Shown here piece after piece: positions 40,323 to 49,872 of a stretch of DNA of 64,000 nucleotides. Position numbers and translations under genes: made by a program. Location of the stretch: the NCBI GenBank assembly GCA_965216635.1, contig OZ244188.1, positions 2,208,001 to 2,272,000 on the forward strand, in the 5' to 3' direction. Numbering within the stretch: the stretch's first letter is position 1; each line of letters starts with the position of its first letter. The stretch comes from a bacterium (GTDB taxonomy: Bacteria; SAR324; XYD2-FULL-50-16; G965216635). The notes below the pieces were generated by a model. It made no database searches. It worked only from the letters and a program-made list of their open reading frames with translations, and had not been told where the DNA came from.

Positions 40323-40369
40323 GATAAGTTTTTTCATTGCTTTATTTTTCTTTTTTGATTCCAGTATTC

Positions 40370-41254
40370 TCAATACAGTCCATTTCTTTCCCAAAAAATA
40401 TTTTCTTTATATCCTTGTATAGTAGTATTTTCATCAGCCATTTTTAACCTTTTTAGAGCTAATCGGCAATAATTAGCATCAATTTCAATACCAATATATT
40501 TTCTACCTAATTTTTTTGATACTACGGCAGTTGTTCCGCTACCTAAAAATGGGTCAAACACCACCTCATCTTTATTTGAACTCGCTAAAATTATTTTTGC
40601 TATTAGTTTTTCTGGTTTTTGGGTGGGATGCTCTGTATTTTCAGACATAGACCAAAAAGGAATAGTAATATCTTTCCATAAATTAGAAGGGTAAGTGTCT
40701 CTATATTTGAGATTTCCATTATATTTCCAATCTTTAGGTTTACCGTTTTCTTTGTAAGGAGCAATAACTTTTTTTCTTAATTTTACTTCGTCTACATTAA
40801 AAATATAATTATTTGTGCGAACACAAAACCAAATATCTTCAGAGCAATTTTTCCAATTAGTCTTTGAACCACGACCCTTTTCTCTCTCAAAAGTTATTCT
40901 ATTTTTTATCATAAAATATTTACTCAATACTTCGTATAAAGCAGAAGAACTTCTCCAATCGCCAAAGACATAGATAGAGGCATTTTTTTTTAATTTAGGT
41001 AAAACAATTTTCATCCATTCTTCTGTATATTCTTTATAAGAAGTAATAGACATTTTTTTAAATTTCAAAGAATTGAATGTTTTATCTATATTGTAAGGTG
41101 GGTCTGCAATCAAAAGGTCTACGGATTGATTCGGTATCAAACTAATTTTACTAAAAACATCTCCACAAATAATATTTGAATCGGAAGGTAATTTTTCTGA
41201 AGTAGTGCCCAAAGATGGTGATATTCTAATTGTTTTGTTCCTTTGTGATTTCAC
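40370..41254 (-). CDS. N6-adenine/N4-cytosine DNA methyltransferase, beta class
   Basis: DPPY precedes HPTQKP and DPFLGSGTT. Confidence 0.93.
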   Translation of the reverse strand: MKSQRNKTIRISPSLGTTSEKLPSDSNIICGDVFSKISLIPNQSVDLLIADPPYNIDKTFNSLKFKKMSITSYKEYTEEWMKIVLPKLKKNASIYVFGDWRSSSALYEVLSKYFMIKNRITFEREKGRGSKTNWKNCSEDIWFCVRTNNYIFNVDEVKLRKKVIAPYKENGKPKDWKYNGNLKYRDTYPSNLWKDITIPFWSMSENTEHPTQKPEKLIAKIILASSNKDEVVFDPFLGSGTTAVVSKKLGRKYIGIEIDANYCRLALKRLKMADENTTIQGYKENIFWERNGLY

Positions 41255-41325
41255 TATCTTATCAATTTATTATGAGGGCTATAATAGTTCCATTTTTTTA
41301 GAATATATCTCAAATAAACTTGGCA

Positions 41326-41724
41326 CTAAAGATCTCCAGAAGGTTGTTGGTATTTTTGGATATAAGACTTAAGTTCTGAGTTCGGATCCCCTACAACTGT
41401 TTTTAAGTCTTTACAAAAATCATTTTGCAAGACAGCCCTTATTTGACTTAAAATAATGCTTTTTCTATGTCTGATAAAATTGACATAAGAGCCATCTTCC
41501 ATAATCAGAACTAAAGTATTATTTTGCCAACGTTGAGGAAGGATTTTTTTTGCTATTTTTTCACCAAGCACAAGCTCCCAATGTTGGCAAAGTTGCTGAA
41601 AATAGTATATTTGGGCGGAATTGTCTCGTTTTAAGAATTTTGTCAACACAGAATCTAATCTGTTCCAATATCTGTTTTCTTCGCTGTTGTTGGCTTTGAA
41701 AAAGTCACTATCTGCCCTATTCAT
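41326..41724 (-). CDS. DciA/DUF721 family protein
   Basis: WELVLGEKIAKKILPQRWQNNTLVL pattern. Confidence 0.7.
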   Translation of the reverse strand: MNRADSDFFKANNSEENRYWNRLDSVLTKFLKRDNSAQIYYFQQLCQHWELVLGEKIAKKILPQRWQNNTLVLIMEDGSYVNFIRHRKSIILSQIRAVLQNDFCKDLKTVVGDPNSELKSYIQKYQQPSGDL

Positions 41725-42463
41725 CGTTTAAAGAAAAAGAATTAATATCCAAAAATAAAAGCTCATTTTTGGCTGTTTCATTTTTATGTTTTTCATCGTT
41801 AAGCAAAACTTCTGCAGAATCTGCAGAGGAGAGAATTATAGCAAAATTTTTTTTTACATTCCAATGGTAATTTACCTCTTTTTTCAAAAAAATTTCAAAC
41901 AATCTATTCTCATTAGCAGAAATTCTAGCCCAACCATCTTTTTTTGCAATTACAGACAAAACTAGACTAGAAAATTCTGGAGTCTGTTCTTGTTTAGGGG
42001 GAGTATTTTTTGAAATACCTTGTAACTTTATTTGCTCTTTTTGTACAAAATTAAAGAAAAATAAAAAGTAGATGCCAACCATCACTGCTCCTACAGCAAC
42101 GACAGAAAACAAAAGGTTTAGAAAAAAAGGGTTTTGCCAAATATTTTTGTCTCTAGCGGAAACTACCTGTTTAGATTTAGTGGCATCAGAGATAAATTCA
42201 TTGATTGTTTTTAAAAAAGGAGCTGAATCTACTTTGATAAAATTGCAATAATTTTTTAAAAAACCTTTTAAAAAAACAACACTCTCCAAAGCACCAAAAT
42301 CACCTTCTTCTAACTGCTGAATGCTATGGACGGGAATCCTAATAATCTCTGAAACATAATCTAGTGTGTATCTCAAATTTTCTCTTGATTCTCGGAGTTG
42401 ATAGCCTATTTCTTTAGCCTTTTTTAGTTGTTCGTGGGTGAGGTGTGAGAATATTTCTTGCAT
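41717..42463 (-). CDS. rodZ: RodZ-like HTH-TM-DUF4115 protein
   Basis: IGYQLRESRE...LEEG...FLKGFLKNYC HTH, single TM, C-terminal GWARI domain. Confidence 0.8.
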   Translation of the reverse strand: MQEIFSHLTHEQLKKAKEIGYQLRESRENLRYTLDYVSEIIRIPVHSIQQLEEGDFGALESVVFLKGFLKNYCNFIKVDSAPFLKTINEFISDATKSKQVVSARDKNIWQNPFFLNLLFSVVAVGAVMVGIYFLFFFNFVQKEQIKLQGISKNTPPKQEQTPEFSSLVLSVIAKKDGWARISANENRLFEIFLKKEVNYHWNVKKNFAIILSSADSAEVLLNDEKHKNETAKNELLFLDINSFSLNDE

Positions 42464-42648
42464 TGTTTAAAACTATGTGAATTTTATTGAATAGTACAAC
42501 AGTTCACAAAAATAGTCAATCATAAAATAAAGATGGATAGTATTTTTCACAATATTTTGAAAACTATTATGAATAGTAGTAGGCAAAGCGCCCCCCAAAT
42601 AAAGCTAGCAGGCAAACTAAGGCAATATAGAACTGGGTGTTTTTACTT

Positions 42649-43839
42649 CTACCTAAAGCGGTAAATAAAGCGAATAAAAAGAGAAGCAGGTGCTTCTACT
42701 TCTATTGTTGTTTTTGTAGGCACAGTTATTGGGGTTAGGGTTTCCTGTTGTTCTCCAGTGTAAGTTGGAGTTACTATTCCTTCTATTAGTATTCTTCTAT
42801 CAGTGCTTGTTGGAGAAGATGCTACACCAATTCTATTATCAAAAAAATAAACTTCACTATTATCCGTATTTACAATATAACCTTCAATCAATGCAGAGGA
42901 GGTGATAGGACTCGGTAGCGTTGCTGGTGGCTCTGGTGCTGCAGCGGATTGTTTTATAGAAAGGCTTGTCCCCAACCAGAGCAGTCCCGCCTCTATGGAA
43001 AAGCTACTTGTAAAACTATGTCTATAGCCAAAATGAATGGCGGGGGCTACTTCTGAAGCCGAGCCTATTCTTGTGTCTAGCTTGGTTTGTGCTAAACCAG
43101 CCCCTGCATAAAGCCCGTAGGGGAGGAAGTAATCCAGCAGTACAATTTGACTGTTCATTTTATCGTCTCCAGAACTCCATTGGTGTAGGCTAAAAGAAAG
43201 GCGAAACTTTTCAAAGCCGTAGCCTAGTTGCAATCCGTTACCTGCTAAACTGGTATTTTCGTTGCTAATGGAAACAGATGTATTAGAAGAATTCACAACT
43301 GTTCCTGTTAAGTCACTAAAAGAGGCTGCAATATCTTGGAAGTGGTTGAAACAGGTGGTTACCGTAGCAGGTCCTTCAGTCGTTATAGCATTATAGGTTC
43401 CAGCACCATCGTAGTAGCCATCTTCACAAATATCCACTACAGCGTCTATTGCTATTGTGTCGTAATTGGAACCGTATAATAGTACTCCGTTAAGGCCTAG
43501 GAACTCTGCACCTGCTGTTGCATCCGATGGTACATTATCGGTGGTGCTCGCACTGAATTCTATGTCTGCGGTAACGAATGTTCTGGTGACAGTAGTCCCT
43601 ACTCCTGTAAGAGTAGTATTTTCTGTAGTGGTTTTTATTTTAGCACCTAGATAAAAAGGACTAACCCCGATAGACCAACCTTGCTGTCTTTCTTGTTGGG
43701 CTTGCAGACTATTCGCTGCCGCAAAAAGTAAAAGCAAGCACGAAAGCGAAAATAAAATTGCCAAGGTTATTTTGTTTGATTTCATAGTTTCTTTTGTTTT
43801 CATAGTTTTTTTTGGTTTCATGATTTTTTGAGATTTCAT
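42649..43839 (-). CDS. Variable outer-membrane beta-barrel protein, paralog 4
   Basis: Likely start ATG 43839; LQA-Q signal; C-terminal FIRFIYRFR; close paralog of the adjacent gene. Confidence 0.82.
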   Translation of the reverse strand: MKSQKIMKPKKTMKTKETMKSNKITLAILFSLSCLLLLFAAANSLQAQQERQQGWSIGVSPFYLGAKIKTTTENTTLTGVGTTVTRTFVTADIEFSASTTDNVPSDATAGAEFLGLNGVLLYGSNYDTIAIDAVVDICEDGYYDGAGTYNAITTEGPATVTTCFNHFQDIAASFSDLTGTVVNSSNTSVSISNENTSLAGNGLQLGYGFEKFRLSFSLHQWSSGDDKMNSQIVLLDYFLPYGLYAGAGLAQTKLDTRIGSASEVAPAIHFGYRHSFTSSFSIEAGLLWLGTSLSIKQSAAAPEPPATLPSPITSSALIEGYIVNTDNSEVYFFDNRIGVASSPTSTDRRILIEGIVTPTYTGEQQETLTPITVPTKTTIEVEAPASLFIRFIYRFR

Positions 43840-43852
43840 AGTCTTTTTACTT

Positions 43853-45151
43853 CTATTTAAATCGTAAGACAAAGCGAATAAAAAGAGAAGCAGGTGCTTC
43901 TACTTCTATTGTTGTTTTTGTAGGCACAGTTACTGGGTTTAGGTATTCTGTGTCCGTCGGTTGCACCGCACCATAATTTGGAGATACTGTTCTTTTTACT
44001 AGTATTCTTCTATCAGTGTTTGTTGGAAGATTTAGGTTTGACGAATCTTCTCTATTATCGTGAAAATGAAGTTCACTTAAATCATTATTTTCAATAAAAC
44101 CTCCAACCAATACATAGCCGCTAGTAGAATCCGGCACGTTCGGTAGTGCTACTGAGGTTCTTGTTGGTTCTGGTGCTGCAGCGGAATGGTTTATAGAGAG
44201 TTTTGTCCCCACCCACAGCAGTCCCGCTTCTATGGAAAAGTTTTTGGTAAAATTTCGCTTATAGCCAAAATGAACGGCGGGGGCTATTTTTGAATCCGAG
44301 CCTAGCGGAGTTTCTAGCTTGGCTTGGGCTAAACCAGCTCCTGCATAGAGCCCGTAGGGCAGGTGCCAATCTACTAGTACAATTTGACTATCCAGCTTGT
44401 TATCTCCCGCACTCCATTGGTGTAGGCTAAAAGAAACACGAAACTTTTCAAAGTCGTAGCCTAGTTGCAATCCGTTACCTGCTAAACTGGTATTTTCGTT
44501 GCTAACGGAAACAGATGTACTAGAATCCACAACTGTTCCTGCTATAGATTGACTAAAAGAGGGGAGAGTAAGCCCTTGGAAGTAGTTGTAACAGGCCCTT
44601 GTGGGAGCTGGTGTAGAGGTTGCATCAGCATTAGAATGTGCGTTAAACTGACGAGAATTAAAGTCTCCCGTACTATCAGCATCATTATATTTACCATCGT
44701 CACAAATATCCTCTACAGCTTTTATTGCCGTTTTATCGTGATTGGAACTGTAAAATTTTTTCTCTTGAACTAATAACTCTGCACCTGTTGTTGCCTCCGC
44801 TGAAGTGAATGTATTGGTGGTGCTCGCAGTGAATGCTACACTCGTAGAATCCAATGTTCTGGTGCCAGTTGTTACTATTTCTCTAAGAGTAGTGTTTTCT
44901 GTAGTGGTTTTTATTTTAGCACCTAGATAAAAAGGACTAACCCCGATAGACCAACCTTGCTGTCTTGCTTCTTGGGCTTGCAGATTATTTACTCCCGCAA
45001 AAAGTAAAAGCAAGCACGAAAGCGAAGCTAAAATTGCCAAGGTTATTTTGTTTGATTTCATAGTTTCTTTTGTTTTCATAGTTTTTTTTGTTTGCATAAT
45101 TTCTTTTGTTTGCATAATTTCTTTTGGTTTCATGATTTTTTGAGATTTCAT
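43853..45151 (-). CDS. Variable outer-membrane beta-barrel protein, paralog 5
   Basis: Six 6-aa Met-initiated repeats, LQA-Q signal, C-terminal FIRFVLRFK. Confidence 0.82.
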   Translation of the reverse strand: MKSQKIMKPKEIMQTKEIMQTKKTMKTKETMKSNKITLAILASLSCLLLLFAGVNNLQAQEARQQGWSIGVSPFYLGAKIKTTTENTTLREIVTTGTRTLDSTSVAFTASTTNTFTSAEATTGAELLVQEKKFYSSNHDKTAIKAVEDICDDGKYNDADSTGDFNSRQFNAHSNADATSTPAPTRACYNYFQGLTLPSFSQSIAGTVVDSSTSVSVSNENTSLAGNGLQLGYDFEKFRVSFSLHQWSAGDNKLDSQIVLVDWHLPYGLYAGAGLAQAKLETPLGSDSKIAPAVHFGYKRNFTKNFSIEAGLLWVGTKLSINHSAAAPEPTRTSVALPNVPDSTSGYVLVGGFIENNDLSELHFHDNREDSSNLNLPTNTDRRILVKRTVSPNYGAVQPTDTEYLNPVTVPTKTTIEVEAPASLFIRFVLRFK

Positions 45152-45193
45152 AGTGTTTTTATAGTTGATTTGGGTTTAAAAATAAACTTTATT

Positions 45194-45222
45194 AGAGTAA
45201 CTAAAAAAATAAAAATAGTCAA
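45194..45222 (-). promoter_or_regulatory. Putative sigma70 promoter for paralogs 5 and 4
   Basis: Minus strand TTGACT-N17-TACTCT; spacer contains T5 and T7 runs. Confidence 0.6.
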
Positions 45223-45470
45223 TCTTTTTTTTTTAGTTTGGTTGTTTTTGGTTGTTTTTGGTGTATTTGTGTGTGGGGATTTTTTCTAAAATGCTATAAA
45301 ATCTCCCGAACAAACTTATATTGGCAAACAATGAACTATTTTTAGTCAAAAAACAACCTTTATTTTTAAAAAAAGTAGTTTTTTTAAATAAAAAAAAAAT
45401 ATAGATTATTTTTATTCAAAAAGGTAAGAATAGTTTTTCTTGCTATTTAATTAAAAAATAAGTAACTTGA

Positions 45471-45613
45471 GAGACTGTTGAACTTTAGCATTATAGGAAA
45501 GCTAGACAAGGCGTGAAAATTTTTTACCCAAGAGGAATACTGAAGTATTTTGAGTGATAAAAAATTTGAGCAACGCAGTATAGCTGAACTAGAATGTCTA
45601 ATTCAATAGTCTC
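45471..45613. mobile_element. 143-bp palindromic MITE-like element, copy 2
   Basis: Inverted near-identical copy of 318-460; ends GAGACTGTTGAA...TTCAATAGTCTC. Confidence 0.85.
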
Positions 45614-45642
45614 ACTTGAACTTTACCCACTAAACTTAGATT

Positions 45643-46989
45643 ATGAAAAATAAAATTGGCAGACGGTTGGTTTTTTTTGTTTTGTTGATTACTCTTTTTA
45701 TTCCCAGTAGCTTTGCGGCTTTTCCGCAATCTTTTTCGGATATTGTCAAAAAAGAGAAAAGTAAGGTTGTGCATGTCCTCAATACTTCGGTGTCTAAAAC
45801 CAAAGTGCCTCAAGTCTTTCAAGATTTTTTTGGCAATCAGATTCCTCAGCAGGACCGTAGACGAACAGCTTCTGGCTCGGGCTTCTTTGTTAGCCCTGAT
45901 GGTTATATCTTAACGAATAACCACGTAATAGACAAAGCAGAGAGTTTAACTGTGATTCTGGGAGATGAAACAAGCTACAAAGCTAATGTGGTCGGAAAGG
46001 ATCCGAGAACAGATTTGGCTCTTATTAAAATAGATATTAAAAAAGCTTCTTATGTGCGGTTTGGAAATTCAGACAAACTAAAAATAGGGGATTGGGTTGT
46101 TGCTATTGGCAATCCTTTGGGTTTGGATTTTACTGTTACTGCTGGAATTTTAAGTGCTAAAGGTAGAGATATTTTTGGCGGCACAGCTTATGGAGATTTT
46201 TTACAGACCGACGCTGCTATCAACAGAGGAAATTCAGGAGGTCCCTTGTTTAATACCAGAGGCGAAGTTATTGGTATCAATACGGCTATTGTTGTCGGCG
46301 GACAAGGATTAGGTTTTGCTATTCCTTCCAATCTAGCCGTTAAAATTATGGACGAATTGAAGAAAAATGGAGAAGTTCGTCGTGGTTGGTTAGGTGTGGG
46401 TATTCAAAATGTTACTTTAGAACTTTCTGCTAATTTCAAATTGCCTAAAGGAACGAAAGGAGTAGTTATCACAGGTATACAAAAAAAATCTCCCGCAGAT
46501 AAAGCGGGTCTAAAAAGCGGAGATGTGGTTGTTACTTATAATGGCAAAAAAGTAGAAAAATCCACTCAACTGCAAAAGTATGTAGCAGAAACAAAAATAG
46601 GGCAACGGGTTACTATTCAAATTTATAGGGAAGGTAAAAAAATAGCTAAAAAAGTAAGAATAGTTTTAGTTCCTGAAAATTTGAGTAATGTAAAAATAGA
46701 ATCTGGCTTGGAAAAATATGGGATGGGACTTTCCTCTATGGATAGACGATTAAAGGAAAGGTTAGGCTTAAAACAAACCTACGGCTTGATAATACGTTCT
46801 TTGATCAAAAATGGGCTAGCCCAACAAAATGACCTGCGGGTAGGGGATGTGATTCTAGAGGTCAATAAAGTGAAAATCAGAAATATCAATGATTTTAAGA
46901 ATGCTCTTAAAAAGAGTTCTCAGGGGAAAGCTCTATTGCTGATTTATAGGAATAAAACCACTATTTTCCGATCGTTACCTGTAAATTAA
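45643..46989 (+). CDS. degP: DegP/HtrA (Do) serine protease with two PDZ domains
   Basis: GSGF, TNNHV, DLAL and GNSGGPL motifs. Confidence 0.93.
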   Translation: MKNKIGRRLVFFVLLITLFIPSSFAAFPQSFSDIVKKEKSKVVHVLNTSVSKTKVPQVFQDFFGNQIPQQDRRRTASGSGFFVSPDGYILTNNHVIDKAESLTVILGDETSYKANVVGKDPRTDLALIKIDIKKASYVRFGNSDKLKIGDWVVAIGNPLGLDFTVTAGILSAKGRDIFGGTAYGDFLQTDAAINRGNSGGPLFNTRGEVIGINTAIVVGGQGLGFAIPSNLAVKIMDELKKNGEVRRGWLGVGIQNVTLELSANFKLPKGTKGVVITGIQKKSPADKAGLKSGDVVVTYNGKKVEKSTQLQKYVAETKIGQRVTIQIYREGKKIAKKVRIVLVPENLSNVKIESGLEKYGMGLSSMDRRLKERLGLKQTYGLIIRSLIKNGLAQQNDLRVGDVILEVNKVKIRNINDFKNALKKSSQGKALLLIYRNKTTIFRSLPVN

Positions 46990-47080
46990 ATTTGCCAAAG
47001 TAGGTTTGACAAGGTAGGTTTGACAAGGTAAATTTGCCAAAGTAGGTTTGACAAGGTAGATTTAACAAGATAGATTTGCC
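46987..47080 (+). repeat. About 6.7 copies of a 14-bp tandem repeat, three containing TTGACA
   Basis: TAAATTTGCCAAAG / TAGGTTTGACAAGG units starting at the degP stop codon. Confidence 0.85.
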
Positions 47081-47170
47081 GATTTCTATATTGGTTTTCT
47101 ATATTGTATGTATATGAATAGTCTCTATTGCATACGATTTTTTTTAATGAGGCAATAAATTAAAAATATT

Positions 47171-48301
47171 ATGAAAAAAATATTACTGTCAGTGTTAGTA
47201 ACACTGATTTTTTTGTTTGGTAATTCTATGTTAGGCGATTCTATCTTTGCTTATGATGAAGGAGGTCTTAAAGGTTATAAAGTAGGCACACAGGCTAAAA
47301 TTAAAAATTTAAAAAGAGTAACTCAAAAATTGGTTGCTCCGCCTTTTTTGCCTGAACACGAACAAATAGCCAAAGGAAAACCTAAAATCATTCAAGTGAG
47401 AATGGTTGTTGAGGAAAAAGAAATTGAAGTGGAACCCGGTGTTTTTATGTGGGCATTTACTTTTAATGGCACTGTGCCAGGTCCCATTATTGTTGCCCAT
47501 GTGGGTGATTATGTTGAATTGACTTTAGTCAATCCAAAAACAAACCAGCTACTGCACAATGTTGATTTTCACGCTTCAACAGGTGCTTTAGGAGGAGCTT
47601 CACTCACGCATGTAAACCCAGGAGAAGAAGTTGTTTTGCGTTTCAAAACAATTAAAGCCGGAGCATTTATTTACCATTGCGCCCCAAGTGGAGCAATGAT
47701 TCCTTGGCATGTTGTACATGGAATGAATGGTGCGATAATGGTTTTGCCAAAAGATGGACTAAAAGATGGAAAAGGGAAGAGAATTAAATACGATAAAGCT
47801 TTCTATATTGGCGAACAAGATTATTATATTCCTAAAGATAAGAATGGGAAATATAAACGTTATTCAACCCCTATTGCCTCTTTAGCCGATGACTTAAAGG
47901 CAATGAAAAAATTGATTCCAACGCATATTCCTTTTGGTGGAACAATGGGTGCTTTAACTGGTAAAAATGCAATGCGTGCGAAAGTAGGTGAAACTGTTTT
48001 ATTTATTCATTCTCAAGCAAATAGACAATCCTATCCTCATTTAATTGGAGGACATGGCGATTTTGTGTGGGAAAGAGGTAATTTTGATGATCCTCCTGCA
48101 AAAGGCTTAGAGAGTTGGATTATTGCTGCTGGATCAGCTGCTGTTTTTACTTATAAATTCAAACAACCGGGCACTTATGCTTATTTGTCGCATAATTTAA
48201 TTGAGGCATTATTGTTTGGAGCTGTTTCGCATGTTGTAGTAGATGGAGAATGGAATAATGATTTGATGGAGCAGGTCAAACCGCCTTCGTCTATAGAATA
48301 G
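47171..48301 (+). CDS. nirK: Copper-containing nitrite reductase
   Basis: HNVDFHAS, YHCAP..MIPWHVVHGM, SYPHLIGGHG and HNLIEA motifs; signal peptide. Confidence 0.96.
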   Translation: MKKILLSVLVTLIFLFGNSMLGDSIFAYDEGGLKGYKVGTQAKIKNLKRVTQKLVAPPFLPEHEQIAKGKPKIIQVRMVVEEKEIEVEPGVFMWAFTFNGTVPGPIIVAHVGDYVELTLVNPKTNQLLHNVDFHASTGALGGASLTHVNPGEEVVLRFKTIKAGAFIYHCAPSGAMIPWHVVHGMNGAIMVLPKDGLKDGKGKRIKYDKAFYIGEQDYYIPKDKNGKYKRYSTPIASLADDLKAMKKLIPTHIPFGGTMGALTGKNAMRAKVGETVLFIHSQANRQSYPHLIGGHGDFVWERGNFDDPPAKGLESWIIAAGSAAVFTYKFKQPGTYAYLSHNLIEALLFGAVSHVVVDGEWNNDLMEQVKPPSSIE

Positions 48302-48355
48302 AAAAGGGTAAATCCTAAGAATAAGGCAAGTGTAGTGGGATTTTTCATGCTATTC

Positions 48356-48388
48356 TAGACTTTTGAATTTGGCAAATTCAAAGGTCTA
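48356..48388. mobile_element. 33-bp ends-only MITE
   Basis: TAGACTTTTGAATTTG-G-CAAATTCAAAGGTCTA. Confidence 0.8.
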
Positions 48389-48457
48389 AAAAATTTTAAA
48401 AGGGCTCAATATATTTTAAGAAGAGCTTCTTTTTTCAAATAAAATAAAAAAGTTATT

Positions 48458-48805
48458 ATGTATATTCATAGAATTAGGAGTCTGTCTATTAGAACTATTG
48501 TTGTTTTGTTGACAGTGTTTTTTTTGGCAGTGTTTTTTTTGATTCCAGCGGTTTATGCTGCTGGTAAAGAGTTGTACGTAGCCAAAGGTTGTGTGGCTTG
48601 TCATGGAAATGCTGGTAAGAAGGCGTTGTTACCCAATTATCCTGTTCTGGCTGGGCAGAATTCTGCTTATTTTATTCAACAAATGAAAGATATAAAATCT
48701 GGAGCTAGAACAAATGGACAGACTGCTGTGATGAAACCTTTTACACTGTCTTTATCAGAAGCAGAGATAAAACAAATCGCAGATTATCTCGCTGCACAGA
48801 AATAG
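48458..48805 (+). CDS. Monoheme class I cytochrome c
   Basis: CVACHG, YPVLAGQ, distal Met; signal peptide. Confidence 0.93.
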   Translation: MYIHRIRSLSIRTIVVLLTVFFLAVFFLIPAVYAAGKELYVAKGCVACHGNAGKKALLPNYPVLAGQNSAYFIQQMKDIKSGARTNGQTAVMKPFTLSLSEAEIKQIADYLAAQK

Positions 48806-48827
48806 CCATAAAAAATAAATATTAGAG

Positions 48828-49745
48828 ATGAAAGATCAAAGTGCTATTTCCATAAAGTATTCTACACAGTGGCTGCATAGCCTCTATATCCAAAGAAAAG
48901 ACTGGCTTGAGCTTTGTAAACCAAACCTAGTATTGATGGTTGTTTTTACTGCTTTAACTGGTTATTGGGTGGCGAATCCTCCTGTTATGGAACGGCAAGT
49001 GATTTTTTTGATTTTTATGGGTGTTTTTTTGAGTGGTTGTGGATCGCATATTCTCAACCAATACTACGAAAGGCAAACAGATAGCCTAATGGAGCGGACA
49101 AAAAACAGACCACTGCCCCTTAAAAAAATATCTCCAGCAGAAGCAAAATGGGTAGGATTTAGTTTTGGTATTTTAGGATGCCTGCTTCTTTTGGTTATTA
49201 ATTTTGTACCTGCTTTAGTGGCGGCAGTTTGTTTTTTAAGCTATGTTTATATTTACACCCCTTTGAAGAAACATAGTATATGGAATACTTGGGTGGGAGC
49301 AATACCGGGAGCGTTGCCTGTGTTTATCGGTTTTTTTGCAGGCAGTCAAACTCCTAATTTTAAGATTTGGATTCTTTTTTCTATTCTATTTCTTTGGCAG
49401 ATTCCTCATTTTTTAGCACTAGCTTGGAAATACAAGGAAGATTATCAAAAGGCTGGTTTAAAAATGCTTGTTTTAATAGATAAAAAAGGAACTTTAACTG
49501 CGTGGGTAATGTTGCTGCACGGGATTGCTTTGTTTGTTGTGACTGTAATCCCTACCTTTTATCTTTATGAAAGTACCGTCTATTTTTTTGTATCTTCTTT
49601 TTTAAGTTTTTTGTTTTTGCAACCTATGGTGAGTTTTTTACTGTCTCCTAAAAAAATATTTGCAAAAAAAATATTCATCGTTTCTATTTTTTACTTGCCT
49701 ATAGTTTGTTTTTGCTATATCGTAGCAGACATTATATATCAGTAG
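48828..49745 (+). CDS. ctaB: Protoheme IX farnesyltransferase (heme O synthase)
   Basis: DSLMERTKNRPL, YTPLK, GAIPGA and WQIPHF motifs. Confidence 0.95.
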   Translation: MKDQSAISIKYSTQWLHSLYIQRKDWLELCKPNLVLMVVFTALTGYWVANPPVMERQVIFLIFMGVFLSGCGSHILNQYYERQTDSLMERTKNRPLPLKKISPAEAKWVGFSFGILGCLLLLVINFVPALVAAVCFLSYVYIYTPLKKHSIWNTWVGAIPGALPVFIGFFAGSQTPNFKIWILFSILFLWQIPHFLALAWKYKEDYQKAGLKMLVLIDKKGTLTAWVMLLHGIALFVVTVIPTFYLYESTVYFFVSSFLSFLFLQPMVSFLLSPKKIFAKKIFIVSIFYLPIVCFCYIVADIIYQ

Positions 49746-49864
49746 TAGCCTTTGAATTTGCATTCTGTTTAGATTATGTAGCGGTAAAAAATTTTTTTCG
49801 CACTTTTCTAACCATTTGGCTAGCCCCAATAGTGGGGTAAGCATCAGCGAAATTCAAAAATCTA
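49746..49864. mobile_element. MITE-like element
   Basis: TAGCCTTTGAATTTGCATTCTGTTTAG...CCATTTGGCTAGCC...AAATTCAAAAATCTA. Confidence 0.75.
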
Positions 49865-49872
49865 ATTAGTTT

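Noticed and set aside
43840..43872. Overlap or fusion of paralogs 5 and 4
   Set aside because: Paralog 4 more plausibly starts at ATG 43839 (MKSQKI, as in paralog 5), 13 bp after the paralog 5 stop
42649..45151. Diversity-generating retroelement acting on the OMP paralogs
   Set aside because: No reverse transcriptase in the window; differences include large indels and did not look adenine-restricted
47081..47170. FNR/NnrR box upstream of nirK
   Set aside because: No TTGAT-N4-ATCAA-like palindrome could be found
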